Of a stretch of DNA of 64,000 nt, positions 1 to 12,365 are shown piece after piece. Below the pieces are notes generated by a model. That model had not been told where the DNA came from and searched no databases. It saw only the letters and a list, made by a program, of their open reading frames with translations. The stretch comes from Heterodontus francisci (lineage: Eukaryota), in assembly GCF_036365525.1 (NCBI RefSeq), contig NC_090377.1, positions 79,903,198-79,967,197 of the forward strand. The letters run 5' to 3'. Within the stretch, counting starts at the first letter, position 1; each line of letters starts with the position of its first letter. Made by a program: the position numbers and the translations under genes.

Positions 1-1850
1 AAATTCCATTCATTACTGACTTTACTCCAACCTCCCAACTCTGTTTCTCCCTCTTTAATCTATTTGTGTGTGTGTGTGGCTCTTGTGTGAATGTGGTTGT
101 GGATGCATATCATATTTTAGTAATTTAGGATTACTTTCCGTGCGAAAGCTAAGAAATCCGAACTCCTAAGACTGTGTCCAACCATTTTTCCCTCGAGCCT
201 GAAGGTTCAGAAACAGGGTTGGAGTTTGACTCAGACAGGATACTCTTAGCAAAAATACAATTAGAACAGAGGAAACTGGAATTGGAAGACAGGGAAAGAG
301 AAAGAGAGAAGGGAAAGATAAAGAGAGACAGGAGAGGGTAAGAGAGAGAACTTTCCAGAAGGAGCAGGAGGAAAGGGAGTTGAGGCAACTTGAATTAGCT
401 AGGGGATGACAGGGTAACCCCAGTGAAAGCATGGCCAGTATGGAGACTGCACTTAACTCGGGACCATGTGCTGAGCTCTTAAAGTTCTCCTAATTGATCC
501 CAAAGTTCAATAAGGGAGATGTGGAAACATTTTTTGTCACGTTTGAAAAACTTGCAAAGCAGTTAAAATGGCCGGCCGAGAGCTGGACACTATTGCTACA
601 AAGCAAGCTAACAGGAAAAGCCCATGAGGTTTACTCACTGTTGCCTGATGAAAGTTAATTAATTCATAAATTGACCAAAAATGCTATTCTCGGGGCATAT
701 GAGCTAGTAACAGAAGCGTACCAGCAGAAATTCTGAACCCTTCGGAAACAGGCTGATCCAACTTACCTTGAGCTTGAAAGAAGTAAGCAGCTGGCTTTTG
801 ACCAGTAGTTAAGGGCCCTTAAAGTGCTGCCCACATATGAAAATCTCAGAGAGGTGATATTCGAGGAATTTAAAAACTCTCTCCCTCTTTCTATAAAGAC
901 CCATGTGGAGGAACAGAAAGTGCAAAGGTCAAGGCAAGCTGCAGTTCTGGCTGATGTGTTCGCTCTCATATAAAAGTCCGTATCCCAGGGAAAAACCTTT
1001 CCTAGTCACCCCCACAACCCCGAAAAGGAAAAGAGGTGGGAGGGTGATAGGAGCCCAAACAGTCCTGGGACAGAAAGGAAAGCGGGACACACATGGGGCC
1101 CTCCTCAAGCCAAAAAAGACAATGCTGAAAGCAGGAGTGAGACCCGGAGACTTGTGTGTTTCCACTGTAACAAGGCAGGTCAGCTCAGAGCTGACTGCTG
1201 GAAACTATGGGGAAAGTCTGTAGGGTTAATCAGGGCACACCTGACTAATGCAGGAGAAGAGACCCTGATGGAACGCACAGCAGAGCAGGCTGTGGCTTTA
1301 ACTGCAGCAGTAAGGTCCAGTAGACCTACTGCTGTGAGTGTGGGAAAAGTTACTAAAATCCCTGCAGGCTATCAGGATTTTGCATCCCAAGTGAGTGTCA
1401 TCCCATACCCCTCGAGTGGGACAAGCAAGCTCATAATCATACTCAGGGATACAGGGGCTCTTCTGATGGGAAAAGGCCTGACCTTTCCCCCAGAGAGTGT
1501 AGTAAATGCCAAGGTGTTAGTGAATGGTATCACCCCCTTTGCCCATACCTTTATACAGGGTGCACCTGGAGTGTGACCTAGTTTCAGGACCAGTAACAGT
1601 GGGGATTGTCCCTAGCTTACCTGTGGACAAGGTTGACCTGTTCCTGGATACCAATTTGGTGTGGGTGAAGGTGGTAGCTTCCCCAGTAATTTTAGAAAGA
1701 CTGAAAGAGGTCAGGGAGACCGAACAATTGCAGGAGAAGGTCGCCGACATTTTCTCTCACTGTGTGGTAACTCGTTCGATAGTCAAACCAGCTCCCTCAG
1801 GGGAGACTGAATTGGGAGAACTTTAAGAGCTCAGCAAGCAGTCCTGAGCA

Positions 1851-2280
1851 GGATAGCCTGGGGTAGTTCTCCTTGGAACAGAGAAGGCTGAGAGGAGATC
1901 TGATTGTAATGTACAACATTTTGAGGGGCCTGGATAGAGTGAAGGTGAAGGGCCTATTTACCTTTGCAGAGAGGTCAGTGACTGGAGGGCATAGATTTAA
2001 AGTGATTGGTAGAAAAATTAGAGGGGAGATGAGGAAAACCTTTTTTACCCAGAGGGTGGTGATGGTCTGGAACTCACTGCCTGAAAGGGTGGTTGAGGCA
2101 GAGACCCTCAACTCATTCAAAAGGAATCTGGATATGCACCTCAAGTGCTGTAAGCTGTAGGGCTATGGACCAAATGCTGGAAGGTGGGATTAGAATAGGT
2201 GGATTGGTTTTCAGCCAGCACAGACATGATGGGCCAAGTGGCCTCTTTCTGTGCCTTAAACTTTCTATGATTCTATAATT
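1851..2280 (+). mobile_element. CR1 LINE 3' fragment nested in the LTR element
   Basis: EQRRLRGDLIVMYNIL..GHRFKV..FFTQRVVMVWNSLP; TTCTATGATTCTAT tail. Confidence 0.9.
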
Positions 2281-2315
2281 CCCATTGTCGCATTTCATTT
2301 GGTGTGGTATGGAGG

Positions 2316-3354
2316 TGTGACGGAAACCCCACTTGCCAAATGGAAATATTAATTTCATTGTATGGAACTTTACCTGAGACTTTTGCTGGACATTGTTACA
2401 GATAACTTTTAAAACACAACAACTAGCAGCCAAGATGGCCACGCACAATTTGCAAATGAAAAAAACAAATAATCAGGCTGGAGACAAATGTGATTACTCA
2501 GCCTAGCTAGAACAATGGGGTGCTCTCTGATCTACTTATCTGGAATAACCTTATCAATGGAGGTCGTCAAAAGCCATCGACACCCATTGACTTTGAAAGA
2601 GCCACCCCCCCCCCCTCCACCAAGTATGTCTGAGCAGCTAGAGGGAGGGCCTTGAATTTCAAGGACCATTCCAGAAGATCCAGACACAAAGAAGTGGTCA
2701 CATCACATAACTGCTTGGGCCACTCTGGAAATTTGTGAGTGGTGACTCAGAAGTCAGACAGTAACTGAGATCTAGCAAGAGAACATCTCTCTCTCTCCCT
2801 CTCTCCAGTGAAGTCCCAGAGAAGCCTTGGATTCAGCTACTACGCCTCAAGTCTACAGATCCTTACAGTCAACAACAAAGGGGACACAGATAAAGCCCCT
2901 CTTCTGCCTTCCGGAACCAGAGAAGCAAACCCGAATTGTGCACGTGGCTTAACGAGGACTTCAGAACTACAATTTCAACTAAAGATACTGAAACTCAGTG
3001 TTTAAATTCCCTTTATTATGGACTTTCCTCCAACCTCCCAACTCTGTTTCTGCCTCTGTAATCTATTTGTATGTGTGTGTGACTCTTGTGTGAATGGGGG
3101 CATGGATGCATATTGTATTTTAATAATTTTAGATCAGTTTAGAGTGATAAGGTTAATAAACTTACATCTTTCTTGTTTAAACTCAAGAAAACCTATCTGA
3201 TTGCTTCATTTGCAATTATATTAGAGGAACAGGAACAAGTACTCACTGAGGTGGTAAATTAAATCACTGTGTTATAAGGATAAGCCCTGTTGCCATCAAA
3301 CCGGAGAAGGGGCGAAAGAGGAGTCTGAGACCCCTTCCTCACCTGGTTGTAACA
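2316..3354 (+). repeat. 3' LTR of the Gypsy element
   Basis: TGTGACG...TGTAACA termini, G-rich tract immediately upstream, internal similarity to positions 1-133. Confidence 0.8.
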
Positions 3355-3470
3355 ACCTTATTAAATGCCTTCTGGAAATTCATATTGACAATGTTTATAG
3401 ACACTCCTTTGTCCACCTTGTTTTGTGATTTCCTCAAAGAATTCAACTAGATTAGTCAGACATGACCTAA
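3355..3470 (-). mobile_element. CR1 RT fragment abutting the LTR
   Basis: Minus strand reads SCLTNLVEFFEE..FQKAFNKV-like RT motif. Confidence 0.65.
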
Positions 3471-3689
3471 TAGTTTAGTTTGTTGGCGGTGAGATTTCCT
3501 TTTAAATTCAAAATATCCTATCTGACTGTTGCAGTTTTAGTTTAAACTGTTAATTGCCAATCAGATTACCACATATTTTTCAAAGCTCACCTACTTCCAG
3601 ATTAAATTGTTACATGTATAGACTTTACAGGATTGTTACAGGGTTAAATGCCATTTTACAGGTTGTAGTTGTTATAGAATTAAGCGTTA

Positions 3690-4075
3690 GTGTGCTTTCG
3701 TAGCACACTCATCTTGTAGTCAGATCTTCATGGGTTCAAGCTCCAACTGAGCTTGAACATGTTACCTAGGCTGCAATCAAACGCAGTATTGAGGAAATGC
3801 TGAGCAGTTAAATTGAGTTAAATTCAATCAATTTACTTTTGTGGTTCAGGTGCATGTAAAAGTTTCAATGGTGCTACCTGAAAAAGAAATCCTGGACAAC
3901 ATCCCTTTTGCAACAAAAAAGTGCACTGGTTATTCATTTCATTTGCAGTGGCTGCCACATTTGCCCACATAATGCAGTAACTACACTTAAAAAGTAATTA
4001 CTTCGCTGTAAAGCACTTTAGAAGATTCTAAGGACATGGTAATGTGTTAGATAAATGCAAGTTATTTTCTATCTA
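3690..4075 (+). mobile_element. Old tRNA-derived SINE, Deu-SINE-like
   Basis: GGTTCAAGC B-box-like head and 3' end GTAAAGCACTTT..ATAAATGCAAGT, similar to 11095-11445 and to the L2 tail at 55950. Confidence 0.55.
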
Positions 4076-4222
4076 GGTCTAGTTAGGTTAGTTATCAATA
4101 CCAAATATTAGTTATTCTACTTTTAACAATTCACACTTGGAATTGAAATTGTACCTATTGCAAGACAAACTGTAGATGTCAACAGGAGCTTGTTACTTAT
4201 AGTAATGTGAAATATTGCTCAC

Positions 4223-4510
4223 CAACTTGATCCTTTGCTACAAGTGTAATTTCACGTGGTACACTGTATCCAGCATCATTCTGTGCTCTTACTCGGAAAG
4301 TGTATTCTTTTCCTTCTTGCAGTTCATTTGTCATAAATTGCAGCTTCTTAGATCTCATCAATTCGCTCCATCTGTCCTCTTGAAGCATCATTTCAACAAC
4401 ATAAGCAGTAATTCGGGTTCCACCATCACTCATTGGTTTTTTCCATGTCAAAGTGCAAGATTTCTTGGACACGGCTGCAGCCTTCAAGTCTATTACAGGC
4501 CCAGGTTCTT
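4223..4510 (-). CDS. TTN: Titin exon, Fn3 A56, 288 nt
   Basis: AG/GTGAGC; [22 protein letters not shown]. Confidence 0.95.
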
Positions 4511-4628
4511 CTATATTAATACAATGGATTATTTTAGTGTAAAAATACTATATGCAAATTTTTGTTCTGTTTTACATTATAAAAAAAATTATGCTACACT
4601 GTAATCAGTATTTTTTAAAATTCCTTAC

Positions 4629-4919
4629 CTGAAGCTTTCACAGCATCTTTTGTCTCACAAGGTTCACCAATGCCATACTCATTTTCAGCTAGAACTCTGA
4701 AGTAGTAATATTTACTTTCTTCCAAATTAATAATTCTGAAACTTGTCTTGGCACATTCAGTTGCTACAGTTGACCATGCCTTTCTTTCAGCATCTCGTTT
4801 CTCTACAATGTAATTTTTAACTGGACTGCCACCATCCACGAGAGGAGGATCCCATGATATAACAGCAAAATCCTTTGATGTTTCTTTAACAATAAGATTA
4901 ACTGGAGGACCAGGAGTAT
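4629..4919 (-). CDS. TTN: Titin exon, Fn3 A55, 291 nt
   Basis: AG/GTAAGG; [21 protein letters not shown]. Confidence 0.95.
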
Positions 4920-5037
4920 CTAATTAAAAAGTAAAAGATAAGTAGTTGTCTCACTGAATAAAACAATTGTAATCAACTAGCTTTACATTCATAAAATTTT
5001 ACTTTCTATGACAATGAAATAATTATTAACAACTTAC

Positions 5038-5325
5038 CAAGAACCTTTACAGTAAGTGTGTAGGCCTTTGTTCCACTGCTATTTTGTAAAGTTAAAATGT
5101 ACTTTCCAGCGTCATATCGATTCATATTTTCACAGTACAACATTGTGTCATATTCTGAAGTTCTGATTTCAAGTCCTTGTCTGTCATGGATGTTGGCATC
5201 CATTTTAGCCCAACTAATCTTTGGTGGTGGTCGGCCTCTCACTGGCACATAGATTCTCATTGTGACACCAGCACGCAGAACAAGTACCTTCCTCAATTCA
5301 GCATCAAGATCTGCTTCAGGTGCAA
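5038..5325 (-). CDS. TTN: Titin exon, Ig A54, 288 nt
   Basis: AG/GTAAGT; [28 protein letters not shown]. Confidence 0.95.
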
Positions 5326-6269
5326 CTGTTCAGAAAAAATATGCTATTAAATTTTCATTATTAAAAAATTCAGTCTGTATCAAGATATGTTTGTGTGTCA
5401 TAGAGCTGCTTCTACCAAACAGACCACAGAACTTGAGGCCATGATCTCTTCAACCACCTACATCTTAGAGAACATTTTCATTTTAATCTGTCTGTTCAAT
5501 CAGATCCCAGAACCATGTCACAGGAACCAGTAATACCCTGGGCCACCTCTATGGTGTCATTTAGTTCAGCCACAAAAATGCCAATTTTATTCCATACAAA
5601 AATTGCTTCATCCACCCGACTATATACCTGCAAAGCTATTTTTATACATAATTAAAACAAAAAAAACAATATTGCACAAAAATAGTCATAAACATACCCA
5701 TAAAATTCCTATCTCACTTTACAATTATTTCAACAACTCCCAATTCCCATTAAAAAAGCAACAATCTAATTCTGTGTACATTTTCTCCATTAGAAAAATG
5801 GCACCACTGTACACCATGACACTACCCAACCCAGGCCTTGTTCCTAAGGGTCAGTTTGAAGAATGTATACACATTTACAGAACACCAAGGACATGCATGT
5901 CTGATTCTACTTCTAGCTAATTATATTTTCCCATTCTCTCCCCATGCTCTCTGCTCAAGAGTGGTTGTCAGTTTCCCAAGCTCCCCTTCTCATGGCTCTT
6001 CACAGTTCAGCAGCTCTGTAACATAGCAAGAGAGAGAAAGATGGATATTACCAAAGAAACATAGAGTAAAAAGGGATCGTAACAGTAAGCCAGGGACAGA
6101 TTAAAAGAGGGAAAACACAGACTCTGAAATTATGCTGTTGGCAACCAGACTCGAACATTTAAAATGTTTGTCTGAAATTCCCCTCTCCACTATTTTAGCA
6201 TAGGCATTAACCTATTTATTTAGAATGGGATATTGCTTCCATTTAAATAGTGGAGAAGGCAACTTCAGG

Positions 6270-6812
6270 AAAGCAAAATACTGTGGATGCTGGAAATCTG
6301 AAATACAAACAGAAAATACTGGAAATACTCAGAAGGTCAGGCTGCATCTATGGATAGAGAAACAGAGTTATGTGTGTACAGCAGTGTGCACCATCGACAA
6401 AATGCACCAAGGCTCTTTAGACAGCACCTTTCAAGCCTGTGACCTCTACTACCTAGAAGGACAAAGGCAGAAAATGCGTGGGAAAACCACCACCTGCAAG
6501 TTCCCCTTCAAGCCGCACACCATCCTGACTTGGAACTATATCGCTGTTCCTTCACTGCCGCTGAGTCAAAATTCTGGAACTCCCTTCCTAACAGCATTGT
6601 GGGTGTACCTACCCCACATGGACTGCAGCGGTTCAAGAAGGCAGCTCAGTAATTAGGGATGGGCAATAAATGCTGTCCTAGCCAGCGATGCCCACATCCC
6701 ATGAATGAATAAAAAAAGGTAATGTTTCAGATTGATGTCCTTTTATCAGAAAAGTACTGTTTATCGGTCCACAGATGTTGTCTGTCTTGCTGAGCATTAT
6801 TAGAATGTTTTA
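6270..6812. mobile_element. Older Penelope-terminus-derived inverted-repeat element interrupted by a LINE
   Basis: 6270-6370 is the reverse complement of the 33375-33480 type sequence; it resumes at 6719 (GTAATGTTTCAG..CCTTTTATCAGAA) and then turns into the opposite arm (CCACAGATGTTG..CTTGCTGAG). Confidence 0.65.
6375..6717 (+). mobile_element. 3' end of an L2/Crack-like LINE
   Basis: Clearly similar to about 18240-18610; shared end GGGATGGGCAATAAATGCTG..GCCCACATCCCAT plus A-rich tail. Confidence 0.75.
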
Positions 6813-6855
6813 GTGGCAATACTTAATTTGCTTCACATGATTAATGAAAACCTAC

Positions 6856-7161
6856 TCAAAATATCCTTGGCAGTATGTTTTTCCGGCACTTCACTTGGAT
6901 CACTGTAGCCTATTTTGTTCACTGCGCTTACACGGAACTGATACTCAGTGCCTTCAGATAGTCCTGTAACAGTATAGTGTGTATCACGAAGATTCTTTGG
7001 TATATTGCATTTTATCCAGTTTTCAGCATCTGCACGCTTAACCTCAACGAGATATCCCAAGATTGGACTGCCACCATCATATGCTGGCTTACTCCAAGAC
7101 AAGCTGATAGTACTGCGAGTTGTATCAACAACCTTTGGGAAGGCAGGAGGTCCTGGAGGAT
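6856..7161 (-). CDS. TTN: Titin exon, Fn3 A53, 306 nt
   Basis: AG/GTAGGT; [22 protein letters not shown]. Confidence 0.95.
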
Positions 7162-7250
7162 CTGAATGGAAAAAAATAATTTGTATGAAAAAAAGTTTAA
7201 AAAACAAGAGACTGAAATATAGTGCTATATATATTCAGATGTCTGCTTAC

Positions 7251-7553
7251 ATTGAGGATCAAGGGCAAATGCTGCTTTTGAAGATTCACTCGGTTTGCCT
7301 GGCCCAGCTTTATTTAAGGCAATAACTCGATACTCATATTCAGTGCCTTCCTGAAGTCCTGTAGCTTTAACCGTTCTTTCCAATACTGGTTTCCTGTTGA
7401 CTTTTGACCAACCAACAGCCTTTGCCTCACGTTTCTCCACTAAATATCCAGTCACCAGAGAGCCACCATCATCTGATGGGGCTTTCCAGCTAACAGTCAT
7501 GTGATCTTTTGTGATGTTGCTAATTATTGGAGGATCACACGGCCCAGGTACGT
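7251..7553 (-). CDS. TTN: Titin exon, Fn3 A52, 303 nt
   Basis: AG/GTAAGC; [22 protein letters not shown]. Confidence 0.95.
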
Positions 7554-7647
7554 CTATAAATAATACAAAGTATATGTTAAAAATCTTTTGTCTGTTTATC
7601 AATTAAAGTCAAAAATAGCTACAGAACTAAAAAAGTGTTTTACTTAC

Positions 7648-7944
7648 TATAAGGATTCTTAGCAACAACTGGGTTGGTAATGATTGGGTCACCAACACCA
7701 TACTTGTTTTCAGCACTGACACGAAACTGGTATTCATGCCCTTCTATCAGCTTTTCTATACCACACTTTGTAATCTGTAAATTGGCAGTAACTTGAGCCC
7801 AATTAGGACGGCTTGTCTCACGCTTATTGACAATATAGTTAGTAATCTCAGCACCTCCATCCTCAAGAGGAGGTTCCCAATTCACAGTAACACGATCTGA
7901 ATAAATATTGCTAACTTTGATAGAAGCTGGTGGACCAGGTTTAT
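7648..7944 (-). CDS. TTN: Titin exon, Fn3 A51, 297 nt
   Basis: AG/GTAAGT; KPGPPASIKVSNIYSDRVTVNW. Confidence 0.95.
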
Positions 7945-8202
7945 CTGACAAAAAACAGAACATAAGGATGCATTAATATTTTAGAAACATTATATTTTTA
8001 AATTAATTAGTTAAAAAATGAAACCAGTCATTTGCTTCAAAATCTTGTTTTCCGCTTTTTCATTAGGCTCTCAAAAGTACATTTATGTTTTATGAAGCTA
8101 TTAAGTATATAGTTGCACATTCATGTACACACTTAATGAAGCTATTGAATATTTAATAGTAGATTCAGACATATTTTATGAAGCATTTTAAAATATTTTT
8201 AC

Positions 8203-8490
8203 CTAGTACTTTCAGTTTTACATTAGCTGATTTGGATCCACTTGGGTTCTCTGCAACTATTGTGTACTCTCCAGTTTCTTTCCTTTGTACGCTATATAAC
8301 TCGAGTGTGCACAGATTTCTTTTTCTTGTTATTTTAATGCCTTCGGCAGGCATTACTATCTTGCCATCTTTCTTCCATGTGATCTTTGGAAAGGGTTTTC
8401 CAAAGACATTAGCGTCTAGACAAACATTCGATCCAGCCTTTACAATGATCATAGACTTCATTGACACACCCAAATCAATTTTTGGTGCAA
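8203..8490 (-). CDS. TTN: Titin exon, Ig A50, 288 nt
   Basis: AG/GTAAAA; APKIDLGVSMKSMIIVKAGSNVCLDA. Confidence 0.95.
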
Positions 8491-8637
8491 CTGTAAATTG
8501 AACAAAACATTTTAACATGAATAATTTTTCTTCTAAAAGATAATGTACGAAAGTTATCATCATTCTTTATGACATTGCAATGTCAGAAAATGAGAATCCC
8601 GTAGGAAATGATACAATAAAGTGTCATTAATTTGTAC

Positions 8638-8937
8638 CATGTTCTGCCAGGATGGTCACTGGGTCTGAAGGTTCAGATGGCTTGCTCATATTAACTGCTG
8701 TCTTTGCAATGATCCTGAATTGATACTGGGCACGTTCTTCAAGATTGGTAACAGTGAATTCTTCATGAGGTACATTTAGACAGTTGGTGTTGCATCGAAT
8801 CCACTTATCACCAGGTAATTTACAGGCTTCAACATAATAGCCAATTAGCTTACTCCCACCATCATGTTTAGGTCTTGCCCAGACAAGAGAAACAGTACTA
8901 TTCGTGACATCAATGGCTTCAGGTTTGCCTGGCGGAT
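8638..8937 (-). CDS. TTN: Titin exon, Fn3 A49, 300 nt
   Basis: AG/GTACAA; PPGKPEAIDVTNSTVSLVWARPKHDGGSKLIGY. Confidence 0.94.
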
Positions 8938-9043
8938 CTGTTGTAAAATATGGGTAACACATTTCTTAGTTTACCTACAAAAACTTTAAGATAGTTTATA
9001 AAGTTAATTCTGTAATTATTTTAATTTTTTTTTCTATACTTAC

Positions 9044-9346
9044 CAACAGGTGTTCTAGCTGTTACCAACTCAGTTGGTTTACTAGGCTTGCTAGATCCCG
9101 CTCTGTTCAGTGCACTGACTCTGAAAGTATATTCTAGTCCTTCAATCAGTCCTGAACATGGGTACTCAGTGGTACGGATAGAAGTGTCATTTGCCTTTAC
9201 CCAAAGAAGACTATTTCTCTCTTTACGCTCAATAACATATCCAGTGATGGGACTACCACCATCACTTTCTGGTCTGTCCCATGCTATAAATATGCAGTCT
9301 TTGTTCACCTTTGTGACATGTGCATTCCTTGGTTCACTCGGAACAT
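9044..9346 (-). CDS. TTN: Titin exon, Fn3 A48, 303 nt
   Basis: AG/GTAAGT; VPSEPRNAHVTKVNKDCIFIAW. Confidence 0.95.
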
Positions 9347-9410
9347 CTGTAGACAAAAATAAAAATTAACTCTAGTTAGGTCTCAAGCCAGATTTTGTAT
9401 CTTAAGCAAA

Positions 9411-10060
9411 GGCTGGGATTTTGTGTTGGAGGCCAGGCTCCCAGCACCGGGCTGAGAAGGCGGGGGAAAGACCGCCTCAGCCTTTACGGAATGATCCACT
9501 GGCCTTTTTAAATACAAGTTTCATGAGACAGGATCCCAGTCCCTTTAAAGATGGGGATCCTGCCTCGAAGAGCTGCTGGCCAATCAGAGGGCTGACAACT
9601 CAGCTGTATTGGCAGCGCCATTGGGAGTGGTGGCCACTCCCAGTACCTCAGAGGCCTTGGACACAGGCCCAGCACTGGAACCCTGGACCTCAGGTAAGTG
9701 AGGTGGGGTTGCCGGGACCAGCCTGAAAGGCCCTGGTAAGGGGGGGTTGGGAGGGTCGGTCTTGCAGTCCAGCGGGAGGGGGTTCGCGGGTGGTAAAGTG
9801 GTTCCCGGCAGGGTTCCTCCATGGGCCACAGATGCCCACATAGATTAGGTAAGATCCCAGCAGCAGCAGGAAGAGGCCCTTAATTGGCCAATAATAGGCC
9901 ACCGACGGGCCTCAATTGGCATCTGGGTGGTAAGGCCATTGTCAGCCTATCCCTCCCCCAGTAAGATTGCTTGGCGACGGGCCCTCTGCCCCCTGTCGTG
10001 AATCTCCATGCCCCCCCCCACCTCCGACCCTGCCTCAGGGGGCCCCATAAAATCCAGCCC
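9411..10060. mobile_element. GC-rich MITE, probably Harbinger-derived
   Basis: Ends GGCTGGGATTTT / AAAATCCAGCCC, AAA on both flanks, sharp GC step inside an AT-rich intron. Confidence 0.7.
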
Positions 10061-10095
10061 AAAATATGTAACCCAAATACTTTGTTATAGCTTAC

Positions 10096-10395
10096 CAAAT
10101 TGATATTTTGCCATCATTTTATCAGAGGTGAGAGGTTCTGAAATGCCAAATCTATTTTCTGCACGAACACGGAACATGTACTCTTGTCCTGGGATAAGCT
10201 TTCCAATTCTACAGTGTGTTTTTGTTACAGATGGCACAACAGTAACCCAATCACCACGGCTTAAATCGCATTTCTCTACTACATAGTTTGTTATGTTGCT
10301 GCCACCATCTTCAAATGGAATATGCCAATTAAGGCTGCATGCATCAGCATCAATTTCTGAAATATCAAACGGTGGCTGTGGTGGCCCAGGAATAT
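10096..10395 (-). CDS. TTN: Titin exon, Fn3 A47, 300 nt
   Basis: Not in ORF track; tcAG/GTAAGC; IPGPPQPPFDISEIDADACSLNWHIPFEDGGSNITNY. Confidence 0.93.
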
Positions 10396-10529
10396 CTGAA
10401 AGACATTAAGCATCGATAACAAAATGATTAAATAAGGCTGCTTGATAGAACACTATTAATATAAAGCTATTTACACAGCTCCAGTTCATGCAAATTCAAG
10501 GCATTACACAAAGTAACAAATATACAAAC

Positions 10530-10805
10530 CCATTATCACCACACGAATTTTCTGGGAGGCGATGCCAGAGCTATTTTCTGCAAAAAGATTGTAGTAGCCA
10601 CTATCTTTTCTGGTGACATCTTTGATGATGAGTACAGAGGTGCCCTTTGTCTTATGCACAACCAGACGACTGGATGGAACTACATCCTCATCACCTTTCA
10701 TCCACTTGCAAATTGGTGCAGGCTTGCCAGCTATATGAGCCTCAACTCTAAGCTTCTGCCCAGCTTTGATAGTTATGAATTCAGGCATGATAATCTTTGG
10801 TGCCA
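10530..10805 (-). CDS. TTN: Titin exon, Ig A46, 276 nt
   Basis: atAG/GTTTGT; APKIIMPEFITIKAGQKLRVEAHIAGKP. Confidence 0.92.
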
Positions 10806-11094
10806 CTATAAAAAAAATGGCAATAATTCAATCTTAATATGAGAGGGTGAACCTTTGTTAAAATGTGCATGCATACTTAAAAACATATCCATGCCAATTT
10901 TCCAAGTGTGTGCTGCTGGCAGGGAGCTTCCCAATCTCCCAATAACTACAGCCAGTTGGCAAGATTCCCCACCAGCAGCATGTACTCAGGAAATGGGTCC
11001 TATTATGTCAGCATCCTATATTACTTAACAATTTTTAACAATAAATAATTCATACTCTCCACTATTACACCATTGTTTCTGTAATTAACAAAGA

Positions 11095-11445
11095 TCAGTT
11101 CAGTTCCATTGGTAAACTTTTGCCTCTGTGCCAAAAGGTTGTGAAACAAGCTCCACTCCAGGACTTGAACATGGAACCTAGGCTGCAGATATGAGTGCTG
11201 GATTGTTGGAGGTTCCAATTTGATTCTATAAGATATTAAACTGAGGCCCTGTTCAGGTGTTCATTCAAAATCTCATTGTAGGATTCATGTCATTGCTGTT
11301 TATGAGACCTTGCTGGATGTAAAATGGTTAACATGCTTGCTTACAAAACTGTGCTGTCGCACGCCAAATTAATTTATTGTATGTGAAACACTTTGCAATG
11401 TCTCTGAGAAATGTGCTAAAGCACTATATAAATACAATTTTTTCT
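11095..11445 (+). mobile_element. Old Deu-SINE-like element
   Basis: tRNA-like head, CTTGAACAT..TAGGCTG block shared with 3690-4075, AAAGCACTATATAAATAC tail. Confidence 0.55.
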
Positions 11446-12062
11446 TTTTAAAATTTGAAACTATCTTGAAAAACTCACAGGGTTTGAATTTCAACTACTG
11501 TTGAAATCTGTTTCACACCTGAAAAATGGGTGACCGATAACTGAAAGTCTAGTGGGGACCTCATGTGTCCATTTGCCCACCAGAATTAACAATCAGTCGG
11601 CATTAAATGGAAGCTCAGCCAAGACCTCAATTACAACTTTCAAAGAGAAATGGATGAAGATGCACAGCACCTGCCAGATCCATTTCTCCAGGTGCTGAGA
11701 AACCTAATCAATAAACCTTAAAAAGGCTTTTGGAGGCCACTCTGAAAAGGTGGGTCTGGAAAGGGTAGGAGTTCTCCACTGTCAACCCAGTCTTACACTC
11801 ACTTGGAATCTGCATCCTCCCACCCGACTGGTTTTACCTGCCGGGGACTGCATGCTACAGTGGACTTTCCATCGTAGGAAACCAGAGAGCTGCAGCTTGC
11901 TGACATAATAAGGCAAGAATCTGAAAGTTTTTCAAGCCTCCTGACTGTCATTATAAGCAGATCTGCTCAATCTGAAAGTTTCCATCACAAGGCTTTTTAA
12001 AAAAAAAAGTTTGTTTCAATTTTGGCACTTTACGCATAAGAAATAATTTACTGTTTACTTAC

Positions 12063-12365
12063 TCAGCTGTTCTTTAATTTCAAAAGCTCCTTCAGTTTCC
12101 CTGGGCAAGCTGGCCCCTACAATATTTCTAGCTGAAACTCTGAATTTGTATTTAGTTCCTTCCTTAAGGCCTGTTACAAGAATGCCCAGTTCCTTGAGTA
12201 CAGAGTATTTTGTCCATTGTTTCTCAGATTGGCCTTCTTCCTGGTATTCAACAATATAACCATCAACTTTAGCACCGCCATCCCTAATAGGTGGTAGCCA
12301 TGCCAGTGAAGCACTACTCTTTGTCACATCAATGACATCCAATTTCTTGGGTGGATCTGGTTCAC
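12063..12365 (-). CDS. TTN: Titin exon, Fn3 A45, 303 nt
   Basis: AG/GTAAGT; DVTKSSASLAWLPPIRDGGAKVDGY. Confidence 0.95.

Larger units (their letters stand above)
1..3354 (+). mobile_element. Decayed Gypsy (Gmr1-like) LTR retrotransposon: partial 5' LTR, gag with SCAN-like region and zinc knuckle, protease, 3' LTR; no RT/integrase
   Basis: 1-133 is a direct repeat of about 3004-3140; gag remnants PKFNKGDVETFFVTFEKLA..W..LLQSKLTGKA, EAYQQKF, EEFKNSL; CFHCNKAGQLRADC; protease ILRDTGA; multiple stops and frameshifts. Confidence 0.85.

Noticed and set aside
9421-10098. Clusters of Pro/Gly-rich ORFs here and at 13404-14209, 42382-42868 and 59217-59937
   Set aside because: By-products of GC-rich MITE sequence with few stop codons
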